20,000 bases of DNA from an uncultured virus (IMG/VR IMGVR_UViG_3300034418_003291) (IMGVR_UViG_3300034418_003291), one strand, 5' to 3'; counted from the first letter of the stretch, positions 1 to 8,903 are shown. Notes: generated from the letters alone by a model not told the origin. A program made the numbers and translations.

Positions 1-174
1 GATGGAGTCTCAACTAATGACTACGCCGAAGGTTCTTGGACTCCCCTAGATCCCTCTGTGAAACGAGAGTGTGGTTTAGCATTTATGTATCTTGATGGTT
101 CAGGTACTACGGCTGCAAACAGAACATGGTCAAGAGTCCATGTAGCTTTCAGAAGGAATCCGAATTATAGATAA
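1..174 (+). CDS. 3' end of an upstream protein (partial), probably in the same late block
   Basis: Frame 1 is open from base 1 to TAA at 172-174 (DGVSTNDYAEGSW...HVAFRRNPNYR*), ending 4 nt before the next ATG. Confidence 0.65.
   Translation, partial: DGVSTNDYAEGSWTPLDPSVKRECGLAFMYLDGSGTTAANRTWSRVHVAFRRNPNYR
168..173 (+). promoter_or_regulatory. Late-promoter-like TAGATA variant
   Basis: TAGATA lies 5 nt upstream of ATG 179, the same geometry as the CTAAATA sites. Confidence 0.4.
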
Positions 175-178
175 AGAT

Positions 179-1897
179 ATGACAGGCAGCATGATATCAT
201 CCGACCCCCGCAGAAACTATGCGGGACCAAAGCCAGGAATGAACACTCAGTTCATTACTGACTATAGTAGAGAGATTGCGTTCTCTAACTTGATCCGCAT
301 GGGTCGTACTGACTGGGTTTACAACTATGGTTCTAACGGTTTTGATGGAACTGTTGATGCTTCTGGCAACCTAGAGACTTCTGGTACACTTGGGACATTT
401 AGAAACGGTTTCGTTTTCATGGCTGCTACTGCAAGTGGAATGCTTGAGACTGGAGATTATGTTCTTACATGGGAAGGTACAGGTTCGCCAGAAGTGGTTG
501 GTACTGGCAGCATTTCCATCAGCCTCAAATCCTCTGCCGCTAACCGTAAGGTTTACACGATCTCAGATTGGGGAGACGATGATGTTATGTATTTCTATAT
601 TCCTACTGAGGATACTGGAAATGTCCTAAATCCTGTTTTTTGCTATATTGATTACGAAGGTACTTGCGGTCCTGGAGAGGAGAACGAGTTTTATCCCCCG
701 CTCCTCCAGGCTTACGAACCGTACAAGCACTGTGTTCGCTTTATGAACTGGCAAGCCACAAACCAAAAGTCTACCTGGAGTTCGTGGGACAACCGTAAGA
801 CCGAAGAATACATTACTTACACACACGGAGGGTTCAACGGTGGAGCTTCAAACCCCGTTGAAGCTGGCGTACCCCTTGAAGTCTGCATCAGGTTTCAGAA
901 CAAACTCCAAGCAACCGGGTGGTATTGTATTCCCCATGAGTACGACGGCTCTAGCGTCTCTGCCTTTTGCGAGATGTTGGCTGACAATGTTGATCCAGGA
1001 CTAAAAGTTATTCTAGAATATAGCAATGAGGTTTGGAACAGTGGCTTTCCCCAAAATGCTTGGGCGCAAGCTAGAGGTCTAGAAGAGCAAGCTGCAACAG
1101 GAAGATTCACAGCACAAAACGCATCCTACCCCTTCTGGGCTTGGGGAGCCTACCACTCAGCCTCCTGCATGGATATTGCTTCCAGCGTATTCGCAGATAG
1201 AGGAAGAGAGGATGATCTCGTCAGATTCCTTGGTATTCATGTAGGGTCCGCTGAGGCTAAAAAAGCAATGGATACAGATGTTGCTGTGGAGTTTGGAGTT
1301 GATACTCCAGTCTCTGCTTACACTCATCATGACGCTGCTGGTCCTGCTTTCTATTGGGGGAATGGTATATTAGCAGAGCCTAACTTCTCAGACAATGGAG
1401 TGTCAGGAGACGCAAACACATCAGATGGTCTATCCGCTAACACCGTAAATCTTTGGGCAAGCGGGACGCTTTGGGATAATGTTAGGAAAGGAACAATCCC
1501 GTATGAAATGGATATAAATCAAAAAACCTCCTGGGCTTGGTGGGAGAACGAAATCAAAAATGTTCGTGGATTAGAAATGTACGGCTATGAAGGAGGACAC
1601 CATGTTGCTTCCGTTGGCAATGTTAAGAACCACCCCGTAGCCTCAGCTATTGTTCTTGATTATGAAACAGAGGATTTTGCAAACTTGACAAGAGACTTTC
1701 ACTTGTTAGCTGAGAATCTAGGTTTTGATTTGCTTGCACACTTTATTCTCATTGAAAGGGATGACCTGAAAGATAGGGGTTATTGGGGATATCTTCCGAC
1801 CATGAATAGTTTGGATGATCCTGATATTACGGAAACCCAACTGAGATATAGAGCTTTGAAAGAGGCAACAGGACAACACAACAAAAGAAACATCTAA
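179..1897 (+). CDS. Putative glycoside hydrolase (clan GH-A-like TIM barrel), paralogue 1
   Basis: 572 aa. Motifs RFMNWQATN, GVPLE, WYCIPH, EYSNEVWN (acid/base NE) and YEGGHH (nucleophile-like E) resemble unclassified bacterial 'cellulose-binding protein'-like hydrolases. Confidence 0.7.
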   Translation: MTGSMISSDPRRNYAGPKPGMNTQFITDYSREIAFSNLIRMGRTDWVYNYGSNGFDGTVDASGNLETSGTLGTFRNGFVFMAATASGMLETGDYVLTWEGTGSPEVVGTGSISISLKSSAANRKVYTISDWGDDDVMYFYIPTEDTGNVLNPVFCYIDYEGTCGPGEENEFYPPLLQAYEPYKHCVRFMNWQATNQKSTWSSWDNRKTEEYITYTHGGFNGGASNPVEAGVPLEVCIRFQNKLQATGWYCIPHEYDGSSVSAFCEMLADNVDPGLKVILEYSNEVWNSGFPQNAWAQARGLEEQAATGRFTAQNASYPFWAWGAYHSASCMDIASSVFADRGREDDLVRFLGIHVGSAEAKKAMDTDVAVEFGVDTPVSAYTHHDAAGPAFYWGNGILAEPNFSDNGVSGDANTSDGLSANTVNLWASGTLWDNVRKGTIPYEMDINQKTSWAWWENEIKNVRGLEMYGYEGGHHVASVGNVKNHPVASAIVLDYETEDFANLTRDFHLLAENLGFDLLAHFILIERDDLKDRGYWGYLPTMNSLDDPDITETQLRYRALKEATGQHNKRNI

Positions 1898-1903
1898 GTT
1901 GCC

Positions 1904-1910
1904 CTAAATA
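1904..1910 (+). promoter_or_regulatory. T4-like late promoter (CTAAATA)
   Basis: Resembles T4 gp55 TATAAATA, 5 nt before ATG 1916, and recurs before consecutive genes. Confidence 0.65.
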
Positions 1911-1915
1911 ATAGT

Positions 1916-4030
1916 ATGACAGCACCTAACGGAAACGGACAAGTAGTCTTCTCCAAACCTGACCCAAAGGTTCGGGGCAAGTTTTCCATGCCTGGAATCA
2001 ATGTTGTTGCTGCCGAAACTTTCAACCCAGGCTCCCCGTTCAATAACCTTGTTTACAACTCAAGACTTTTTTGGAATGTAAGATATTTGGAGGGACATCC
2101 CAGCGGAACTGGGCTGGAGAAATGGCTAGACCCGGATTTCTCTGGGACAGGAACGGAAAACGCTAGTGGATACCCAGCAACCTTTGAAGCTAGCTCTAGG
2201 GAGTATCTAGACCACCTTCTTATCTATTGTGCCGAGGGTGATTATGGAGTTGATAATCCACCAGGAGGTTATGTTCTTCGTTGGGAGGGAGGTGGAGGCG
2301 TCAAGCCCTATATCAATAACTCAGGAAATAAAACTCCCGTAGACGATACTGCTACATATAGGTCTTACTCTGATATAGACCCTAGCGTAGCTCTCACCAT
2401 TAGGATCGATGGTGCAGATATCTCTTCATTGCCCGATACAGGTAATGGTGGAGGCTGGGACGAATATGAAGCTGATCCTTTTACTAGGATTGTATTGGAA
2501 CCTTCTGGATTGTCGGGAACTACGCACTACGGAGGTGCTAACTTTATCCGTCAAGACTGGATTACAGCCCATGCTCCGTTCAAAGGTGGTTTGAGACTAA
2601 TGAACTTCCTTGCTATTCGTGACCAAGACAAAAACACAGGTTGGGATGCACGAAAGCGAACTACATATAGAACATTCAACAAAGGAGCATATGATGGTGG
2701 GGATGCCCCTGAAGTCAACGCACCTTACGGTCCTCCGATTGAAGTGGCTATAGATCTTTGTAATGCAACTCAGCTTCCTGGATGGTTCAATATACCGCAC
2801 AGGTATGTTGCTTCAGGCGCAGGAGATGGAACATTTCCTGACCAACCTGATGTTTCCTCCTGGGCTTCGGCTATTTGCGAAAACTACAACCACGAAACAA
2901 ACGGACCATTTGTAGTAGAGTATTCCAATGAAGTCTGGAATCCAATCTTCACTCAACAAGACTATGTTCAAACCATATCTAATGACTTGAGTGCATTGGA
3001 GCAAGCAAACCTGGGTACGAGCAGATTCAAAAATATCAATGGAGATTCCCTACCCGTGAACAATGCAGCGGTAACTTTTGCAGGGATTGGTTACTTTTCC
3101 ACTCTTGCAATGAAAGCCTGTACCGAAGTCTTTGATAGTTATGGAATAAAATACCACAGAACTTTAGGACTCCAAACTGGTAGCGTTGGTATCTCTGTGA
3201 ATTACACTATGGATGTGGATGTGTCTCCTACAGTTGACGGCTCCAGCACAGCGATGGATTGGCACGATTCAGTTTGCAATACAGGGTATTATGGAGGCTT
3301 TGTTTTGCAAGAGCCAACCTTTTCTGACGGGTATGACCCCACTTCGCCGTATGACTCCCCAAACCCAGGTTTGACTGGAAACAATACCAAACACAATCTA
3401 ACTACGAACACTATTCTTCTCGACCCTTTATCCGCAACGCCAGGAACTGTAGGCTCTGACGAGGTAGATCCAGTACCTACTCCAAGTGGAACTGGCTTTG
3501 GTGAGATTGTTGGAAGACCAGAGGACACTTGGGACGGCACAAGTAGAGGTTTGCATTATGAAATTTTTACTTACAAGAATGATGAGAATGAAAATGATTC
3601 TTGGGCTAAACTGGCGGCTGAGATTAGTACTAGAAGTACTGCTCTAGGTAGAAATATCGAAGTTCTTTGCTACGAAGGCAACCATCATATGTCCTGGAAT
3701 GGAACCTCAAAGCCTACAGCCATTAATGGTTGGGCAGATGCTCCATCTGGTCTTGGAGGTTGGACCGTAGAGGAGTGGGTCTCCTCAATATACGATGGAT
3801 ACGACAACTCATCTTTTGTAAGAACGCATCAAGATGCCTTCACAGAGTGGAACAAGCACTTCTCAGGAGGTACATATTTCTGGTTTGTTCTTTTATCATC
3901 AAAAGATTACAGAGATGGCTGGTGGGGATTCTACCCCAGCTTGGATATCGCCCAAGATACTAGAGGCGGTGGTGCGCTTGCTGACAACTGGAAACGAATG
4001 ATCGGCGTAAATAGAAGAAGAAACATCTAA
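1916..4030 (+). CDS. Putative glycoside hydrolase (clan GH-A-like), paralogue 2, more divergent with insertions
   Basis: 704 aa. Motifs LRLMNF, GPPIE, WFNIPH, VEYSNEVWN and YEGNHH occur in the same order as in paralogues 1 and 3. Confidence 0.7.
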   Translation: MTAPNGNGQVVFSKPDPKVRGKFSMPGINVVAAETFNPGSPFNNLVYNSRLFWNVRYLEGHPSGTGLEKWLDPDFSGTGTENASGYPATFEASSREYLDHLLIYCAEGDYGVDNPPGGYVLRWEGGGGVKPYINNSGNKTPVDDTATYRSYSDIDPSVALTIRIDGADISSLPDTGNGGGWDEYEADPFTRIVLEPSGLSGTTHYGGANFIRQDWITAHAPFKGGLRLMNFLAIRDQDKNTGWDARKRTTYRTFNKGAYDGGDAPEVNAPYGPPIEVAIDLCNATQLPGWFNIPHRYVASGAGDGTFPDQPDVSSWASAICENYNHETNGPFVVEYSNEVWNPIFTQQDYVQTISNDLSALEQANLGTSRFKNINGDSLPVNNAAVTFAGIGYFSTLAMKACTEVFDSYGIKYHRTLGLQTGSVGISVNYTMDVDVSPTVDGSSTAMDWHDSVCNTGYYGGFVLQEPTFSDGYDPTSPYDSPNPGLTGNNTKHNLTTNTILLDPLSATPGTVGSDEVDPVPTPSGTGFGEIVGRPEDTWDGTSRGLHYEIFTYKNDENENDSWAKLAAEISTRSTALGRNIEVLCYEGNHHMSWNGTSKPTAINGWADAPSGLGGWTVEEWVSSIYDGYDNSSFVRTHQDAFTEWNKHFSGGTYFWFVLLSSKDYRDGWWGFYPSLDIAQDTRGGGALADNWKRMIGVNRRRNI

Positions 4031-4036
4031 ATTGCC

Positions 4037-4043
4037 CTAAATA
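4037..4043 (+). promoter_or_regulatory. T4-like late promoter (CTAAATA)
   Basis: CCTAAATA-attt-ATG 4048. Confidence 0.65.
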
Positions 4044-4047
4044 ATTT

Positions 4048-5766
4048 ATGGCAGGAAGCATGATATCATCCGATCCCCGCAGAAACTATGCGGGACCAAA
4101 GCCAGGAATGAACACTTTGTTCATTGTTGATTACGGTAGAGAGATTGCGTTCTCTAACCTGATTCGTATGTCCAGAGTGACTTGGATCAAAGATTATGCT
4201 AGTGATTTTGACGGGACTCTAGACGCATCTGGTTATGTAATAGATGCAGGAACTGCCACAATCAAAACGCGATTCGTCATAATCGCCGCCTCCACTAGCG
4301 GTATGCTTGAGACGGGAACTTATGCACTCAACTGGGATGGTTCTGGCACTCCCTCTATCGTTGCTACAGGAGGGATATCTATTACCGAAACCTCTGCCTC
4401 AGCGAACCGAAAAACATATAGTATTACTGATTGGGGAGACGATGATGTTATGTATTTGGATGTTCCCTTAGCTGACACAGGTGCAGTCACCAATGTTAGA
4501 TTTTGTTATATTGATTACGAAGGAACAGAAGGTATTGGTGAAGAGAATGAATTTTATCCCCCGCTCCTCCAGGCTTACGAACCGTACAAGCACTGTGTTC
4601 GCTTTATGAACTGGCAAGCCACGAACCAGCAGAATAATAGAACTTCCTGGGACGAGCGGAGACGCGAAACTTATCGCACATATACTCATGGACCTTTTAG
4701 TACAGGCGCAAACCCCTCAAGTGCGATTGAGGTTCAGCCTGGGGTTCCCCTTGAAGTGTGTGTCAGGTTCCAAAACAAACTTCAAGGAAACGGATGGTAT
4801 TGTATTCCTGCTGAATATGATGGCTCCAGTGTATCCGCCTTCTGTGAATACTTAGCCGACAATGTAGATCCTGGTCTAAAGGTTCTTATTGAACTGGGAA
4901 ATGAGAACTGGAACGCGGGCTTTGATGTCAATGATGTTTATCAGAATTTGGGGTTAGCGGAGCAGGCTGCAACAGGAAGATTTACAGCACAAAACGCTTC
5001 TTACCCCTTCTGGGCTTACTCTGCGTGGAGATCCGCCTCTTGTATGGATATTGCTTCAAGCGTCTTTGCAGACAGAGGAAGAGAGGATGATCTTGTTAGG
5101 GTGCTTGGGTTACAAGTAGGTAATCCTGAATCTAAGAAAGCAATGGATACAGACTGCGCCGAAGTATACGGTGTAGACCCCCCAATACCCGCATATACAA
5201 AACATGATGCGGCTAGCACAACATCATATTGGGGAGGACTTCAAGAACCTTCATGGTCAGACTATGGGTTGTCTGGTAATGCGGCTAGTTCTTTGAGGGA
5301 TGGGTTGTCTGCTAATGTCTGCAACCTTTGGGCAAGTGGCACATATTTTGATAATGTAAGAAACGGTACTATGCCATATGAATCTGATGTGTCGGAAAGT
5401 ACCTCTTGGGCATGGTGGGCCAACGAAATCAAAAATGTTCGTGGTCTGGAAATGTATGCTTATGAGGGATCTCAACACGTCACTACTGCTGGGACCGTAC
5501 AAGGGGAACCTAACGCTCAAGAAATTGTTGCTCAGTACGACACTGAGGTTTTTGGAAATCTAATTAGGGACTTCCACCTTCTATCTGAGAACCTAGGGTT
5601 TCAGTTGATTTGTCACTATGTTCTGGTTGAAAAGACCGACCCAGACGGGTATTGGGGCCATGTCGAATCTTATACACAACTGAATGATCCAGATATTCTA
5701 GAAACTAAACTCAAATATCGAGGCTTGGTTGAGGCAACAGGACAACACAACAAAAGAAATTTCTAA
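4048..5766 (+). CDS. Putative glycoside hydrolase (clan GH-A-like), paralogue 3
   Basis: 572 aa, collinear with paralogue 1. Motifs RFMNWQATN, GVPLE, ELGNENWN and YEGSQH. Confidence 0.7.
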   Translation: MAGSMISSDPRRNYAGPKPGMNTLFIVDYGREIAFSNLIRMSRVTWIKDYASDFDGTLDASGYVIDAGTATIKTRFVIIAASTSGMLETGTYALNWDGSGTPSIVATGGISITETSASANRKTYSITDWGDDDVMYLDVPLADTGAVTNVRFCYIDYEGTEGIGEENEFYPPLLQAYEPYKHCVRFMNWQATNQQNNRTSWDERRRETYRTYTHGPFSTGANPSSAIEVQPGVPLEVCVRFQNKLQGNGWYCIPAEYDGSSVSAFCEYLADNVDPGLKVLIELGNENWNAGFDVNDVYQNLGLAEQAATGRFTAQNASYPFWAYSAWRSASCMDIASSVFADRGREDDLVRVLGLQVGNPESKKAMDTDCAEVYGVDPPIPAYTKHDAASTTSYWGGLQEPSWSDYGLSGNAASSLRDGLSANVCNLWASGTYFDNVRNGTMPYESDVSESTSWAWWANEIKNVRGLEMYAYEGSQHVTTAGTVQGEPNAQEIVAQYDTEVFGNLIRDFHLLSENLGFQLICHYVLVEKTDPDGYWGHVESYTQLNDPDILETKLKYRGLVEATGQHNKRNF

Positions 5767-5767
5767 C

Positions 5768-5774
5768 CTAAATA
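5768..5774 (+). promoter_or_regulatory. T4-like late promoter (CTAAATA)
   Basis: CCTAAATA-attt-ATG 5779. Confidence 0.65.
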
Positions 5775-5778
5775 ATTT

Positions 5779-6885
5779 ATGGCAGGTCCGTATTGTCCAG
5801 AAGATCCACCGCCGCCACCTCCGTCTGGCGTTAATGTAATCGTAGTTAGTTCTACTGATTTACCTGTTGGCGTTAAACCTCCAAGTGGAACACTAGGAGA
5901 CGGAAGTGAGACAGGAGGTAATGGAGAATCGGGCGGCAGTACTTGGGACGGGACTGTTGTAGTTAAGGATGTCAGCGGAAACTTGGCAGATGTGATAAAC
6001 GCTGGGGGTAAAAACAGCCTTAGCGTAAATGTTCAAAACACCGGGGATTTTCCAGGCGGAGGCGTAGGAGGGGGAACCGACTTCAACATCTCTGGTATAG
6101 GAGGGGGAGGCGTTGTAAATAACTCCCTGTCTAGCGTTATTGTAGACTCTTCAAATAACGCTGTAAGCACTACTAGTAATTCACTAAATGTTAATGTTAA
6201 TAACAGTTCCCCTATAGATGTTTCGTTTGACACAACACCAGACGTAAACATTGCGAACTCTCTGTCTAGCATTATCATAGACTCTTCAAACAACGTTGTA
6301 GGCACTACTAGCAATGCCTTAAATGTTAATGTTACTAACAGCACTCCTTTAGATGTTGTGTTTGCCACAACACAAAGCGTAAACATTGCGAACTCTCCTA
6401 CTGTATCCGTAGCGGCTTTCCCTGTTACACAAAACGTTAATAACACGCAGTTAAACGGCGTTTCCATGGCTAAGAATACAGGAGACGCTACAGACGGAAC
6501 TCAGAGAGTAGTTCTCGCAAGCGATCAACCTTACCCCATTGACGCTTCTACTGTTTCTTTGGATACGTCAGCAGTATCTGACACCCAGATTCTAGCTGCT
6601 CCGGGTGCAAGTAAGGCTATCGTCGTATGGGCTGCAACCCTCACGACATATGGCGGAGCTACAACCAGAAAGTGGGCTATAACAGACGGTAACTACTCCG
6701 CTACTACAACAGGAACCTCAAACAATATCTTTATGGGATTGTGTAGAAGTGTTCCTATGACTTGGGCTCCCACTTTTCCGAGAGGCAGACAGCTAACCGC
6801 TAACACGGCATTAAAAGCTACCTTAGCAGGAACAGCCTCAGACAACTTAATAGGCACTATTACCTACACCATTGTAGACGTATAA
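5779..6885 (+). CDS. Putative structural/fibre-like protein with internal tandem repeat
   Basis: 368 aa with a poly-Pro/Gly-rich N-terminus, an N/S/V/T-rich repeated shaft and a probable beta-rich C-terminal domain. It has a late-promoter-like site. Confidence 0.55.
   Translation: MAGPYCPEDPPPPPPSGVNVIVVSSTDLPVGVKPPSGTLGDGSETGGNGESGGSTWDGTVVVKDVSGNLADVINAGGKNSLSVNVQNTGDFPGGGVGGGTDFNISGIGGGGVVNNSLSSVIVDSSNNAVSTTSNSLNVNVNNSSPIDVSFDTTPDVNIANSLSSIIIDSSNNVVGTTSNALNVNVTNSTPLDVVFATTQSVNIANSPTVSVAAFPVTQNVNNTQLNGVSMAKNTGDATDGTQRVVLASDQPYPIDASTVSLDTSAVSDTQILAAPGASKAIVVWAATLTTYGGATTRKWAITDGNYSATTTGTSNNIFMGLCRSVPMTWAPTFPRGRQLTANTALKATLAGTASDNLIGTITYTIVDV
6121..6396 (+). repeat. 135-bp (45-aa) intragenic tandem duplication
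   Basis: Units start with AACTC at 6121, 6256 and 6391 (NSLSS..DSSNN..TTSN.LNVNV.NS.P.DV.F.TT..VNIA). Confidence 0.85.
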
Positions 6886-6945
6886 AAATAGTGTTTGCAA
6901 CGCTAAAAATTAGCTTATCTCCCCTTTAATATATTGACCGCTCAC

Positions 6946-7022
6946 GGGGGAGTAGCTCAGTTGGTCAGAGCAGCGTTCTTATACAGCGAAGGTCGGGAGT
7001 TCAATCCTCTCCTCCCCTACCA
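6946..7022 (+). tRNA. trnI: tRNA-Ile (anticodon UAU)
   Basis: Cloverleaf with GGGGGAG/CTCCCCT acceptor, GCTC/GAGC D-stem, loop CT-TAT-AC (6980-6982), TTCAATC T-loop, A73 and encoded CCA. Confidence 0.9.
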
Positions 7023-7084
7023 AACAAGGGACTAGCCAAAGAGCAATCGAGGCTGTCAGAACGCAAGTCCCATTCTAATTACTA

Positions 7085-7161
7085 GGCACGATAGCCCAAT
7101 AGGTAGAGGCAACAGACTTAAAATCTGTAAAGTCCGGGTTCGAGTCCCGGTCGTGCTACCA
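7085..7161 (+). tRNA. trnL: tRNA-Leu (anticodon UAA), short variable loop
   Basis: GGCACGA/TCGTGCT acceptor, ACAGA/TCTGT anticodon stem, TAA at 7119-7121, CCGGG-TTCGAGT-CCCGG T-arm, CCA. Confidence 0.9.
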
Positions 7162-7175
7162 AAAAAAATAAAGCC

Positions 7176-7529
7176 ATGATGAGAATTGCCAAACGAGAAA
7201 GCGAGAGCGGTTACGGTAAATACCGTCTTGGGGCTGCAATCACGGACAAGAAAGGAAACCTCATTGGTAGAGGCTACAACCGTCCAGTAACTCACCCGAC
7301 CTTTGGTAATACTCACTCTGGCAACCTCCACGCAGAGGCTTCCGCATTGGTTTCAGCATTGAAGTCAGGTAAGTCTCTGCACGGAGGAACCTGTTATGTT
7401 TACCGCTCAGGCGGTAATCTTGCAAAACCTTGTCCGTGCTGCGAGGAGTTTCTTCGCAGTCACGGGATCTCAAAAGTAGTTTACTCCTGCAACGAGGGCA
7501 ACTCGGAGGAGATGGAGCTACAACCCTAA
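7176..7529 (+). CDS. Cytidine/deoxycytidylate deaminase-family zinc protein
   Basis: Zinc motifs HAE (LHAEASAL) and PCxxC (KPCPCC), plus LGAAI..GYN and GISKVVYS. Confidence 0.8.
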   Translation: MMRIAKRESESGYGKYRLGAAITDKKGNLIGRGYNRPVTHPTFGNTHSGNLHAEASALVSALKSGKSLHGGTCYVYRSGGNLAKPCPCCEEFLRSHGISKVVYSCNEGNSEEMELQP

Positions 7530-7540
7530 AAGGCTATCCA

Positions 7541-7553
7541 GTATTAGTCAAAA
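7541..7553. repeat. 13-bp motif GTATTAGTCAAAA, copy 1 of 5
   Basis: Exact copies at 7541, 18058, 18229, 18421 and 19387, all intergenic and in the same orientation. Confidence 0.8.
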
Positions 7554-7557
7554 CTTT

Positions 7558-7800
7558 ATGGAGAAGAAAACATTCGTAATAGGAAAAACTTACACTTGCG
7601 CCGATTGGTACATGATAGAAGCCAACAGCGAAGAAGAAGCTATTACTATAGCCAAAGATCCAAATGGGAAGAAGATTGCACTAAACGAGAGTCCAAGTGT
7701 GGTATCCTCCCTATCGGAGAAAGATTGGATAGTCCGCGATAACTGGAAAAATTGTATCATCTGCGGAAAGATTCACGAAGGAGAACATTATCATGACTAA
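7558..7800 (+). CDS. Hypothetical protein with C-terminal CxxC..H
   Basis: 80 aa with an 'IEANSEEEAI' motif typical of small phage proteins. Its end overlaps the start of the next gene. Confidence 0.65.
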   Translation: MEKKTFVIGKTYTCADWYMIEANSEEEAITIAKDPNGKKIALNESPSVVSSLSEKDWIVRDNWKNCIICGKIHEGEHYHD

Positions 7801-8755
7801 AATACTTGTGACTGGTGGACTTGGTTTTATCGGGTCAGAATTTGTTAACTTGGTTAAAAGAAATTCAGACCACAAAGTTATTGTCCTGGACAAATATACT
7901 TACGCCGCTGATGAGTCTCGTATCGAAGGAGATCTCTCCGATCTGACCATCATCAAAGGTGACATCTGCGACATAAATCAACTATGTTATGTCTACCCGG
8001 AACTCTACGAAGTAGAATATGTTGTTAATTTTGCGGCGGAAACCCATGTGGATAATTCAATTAGTGACGGCACTCCTTTCATGCATACAAATGTAATGGG
8101 AGTTTATAACCTGCTTGAATACGCCCGTGGTTTGAAGAATCTAAAGAAGTTCGTTCAGATTTCTACCGACGAGGTTTATGGAGACATGGCTTACTGTCGA
8201 GGAGAAAATGGTGCTGACGAATCATTTAACCTTCGCCCTTCATCGTATTACGCAGCCTCAAAAGCATCTGCTGATATGCTAGTTATGGCAGCAGCTAGAA
8301 CTTATGGAGTTCCTTATCTTATTACCCGTACCTGTAATAATTACGGAGAGAAACAAGATAAAGAAAAGCTCATTCCAAAAATCATGGAGAGCATTGCTAA
8401 CGATTCCGTTATTCCTGTATACGGAGATGGACAACAAACAAGAGAATGGATTCATGTAGAAGACAATGCTAAGATTCAAGAGAAACTGATTTTCGCAGAC
8501 AACCTCCACACTACAAACTCTATTGTTAATGTTGGATCTGGAACCCGTTTCAAAAACATTGATATTGTCAACTTCCTTCAAAGAGCAAACCCAGATGTAA
8601 AGTGGTCTTTTGTTCCTGATAGAAAAGGACACGACAGAGAATACGCACTTAACTGTGAAAAACTTAGAAGCATCATAGGACCATATGAAAAAGACCTTTT
8701 CCCTTTTAGCGCGTTTCTTATGCGTGTTGCCTTTTCTGGTAAGCTCGGCGTGTAG
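7793..8755 (+). CDS. rfbB: dTDP-glucose 4,6-dehydratase
   Basis: Motifs ILVTGGLGFIGS, DKYTYA, FAAETHVDNS, ISTDEVYG, YAASKAS, NNYG and DRKGHDREY. RBS AAGGAG upstream. Confidence 0.92.
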   Translation: MTKILVTGGLGFIGSEFVNLVKRNSDHKVIVLDKYTYAADESRIEGDLSDLTIIKGDICDINQLCYVYPELYEVEYVVNFAAETHVDNSISDGTPFMHTNVMGVYNLLEYARGLKNLKKFVQISTDEVYGDMAYCRGENGADESFNLRPSSYYAASKASADMLVMAAARTYGVPYLITRTCNNYGEKQDKEKLIPKIMESIANDSVIPVYGDGQQTREWIHVEDNAKIQEKLIFADNLHTTNSIVNVGSGTRFKNIDIVNFLQRANPDVKWSFVPDRKGHDREYALNCEKLRSIIGPYEKDLFPFSAFLMRVAFSGKLGV

Positions 8756-8882
8756 TAGTCCCAGTAGAACAGAATATTCATCCCACATGGTTCATGTTCT
8801 TTCTGATGAGTGGAAAGATGATTGCATCTACTGCCGCTTTGAAAAAGATATGGAACTTAGACCATTTACAGTAATTAAGTAG
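8685..8882 (+). CDS. Small putative lipoprotein overlapping the rfbB 3' end
   Basis: MKK followed by a hydrophobic stretch and SAC/SS, with a CxxC. AGGA lies 4 nt before the ATG. Confidence 0.45.
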   Translation: MKKTFSLLARFLCVLPFLVSSACSSPSRTEYSSHMVHVLSDEWKDDCIYCRFEKDMELRPFTVIK

Positions 8883-8903
8883 GAAACTGAGCTTTTATAA
8901 GTT

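Noticed and set aside
179..5766. Diversity-generating retroelement TR/VR pair between paralogues
   Set aside because: Differences involve all bases and indels rather than adenine-only changes, both copies are full genes, and no reverse transcriptase is in the window.
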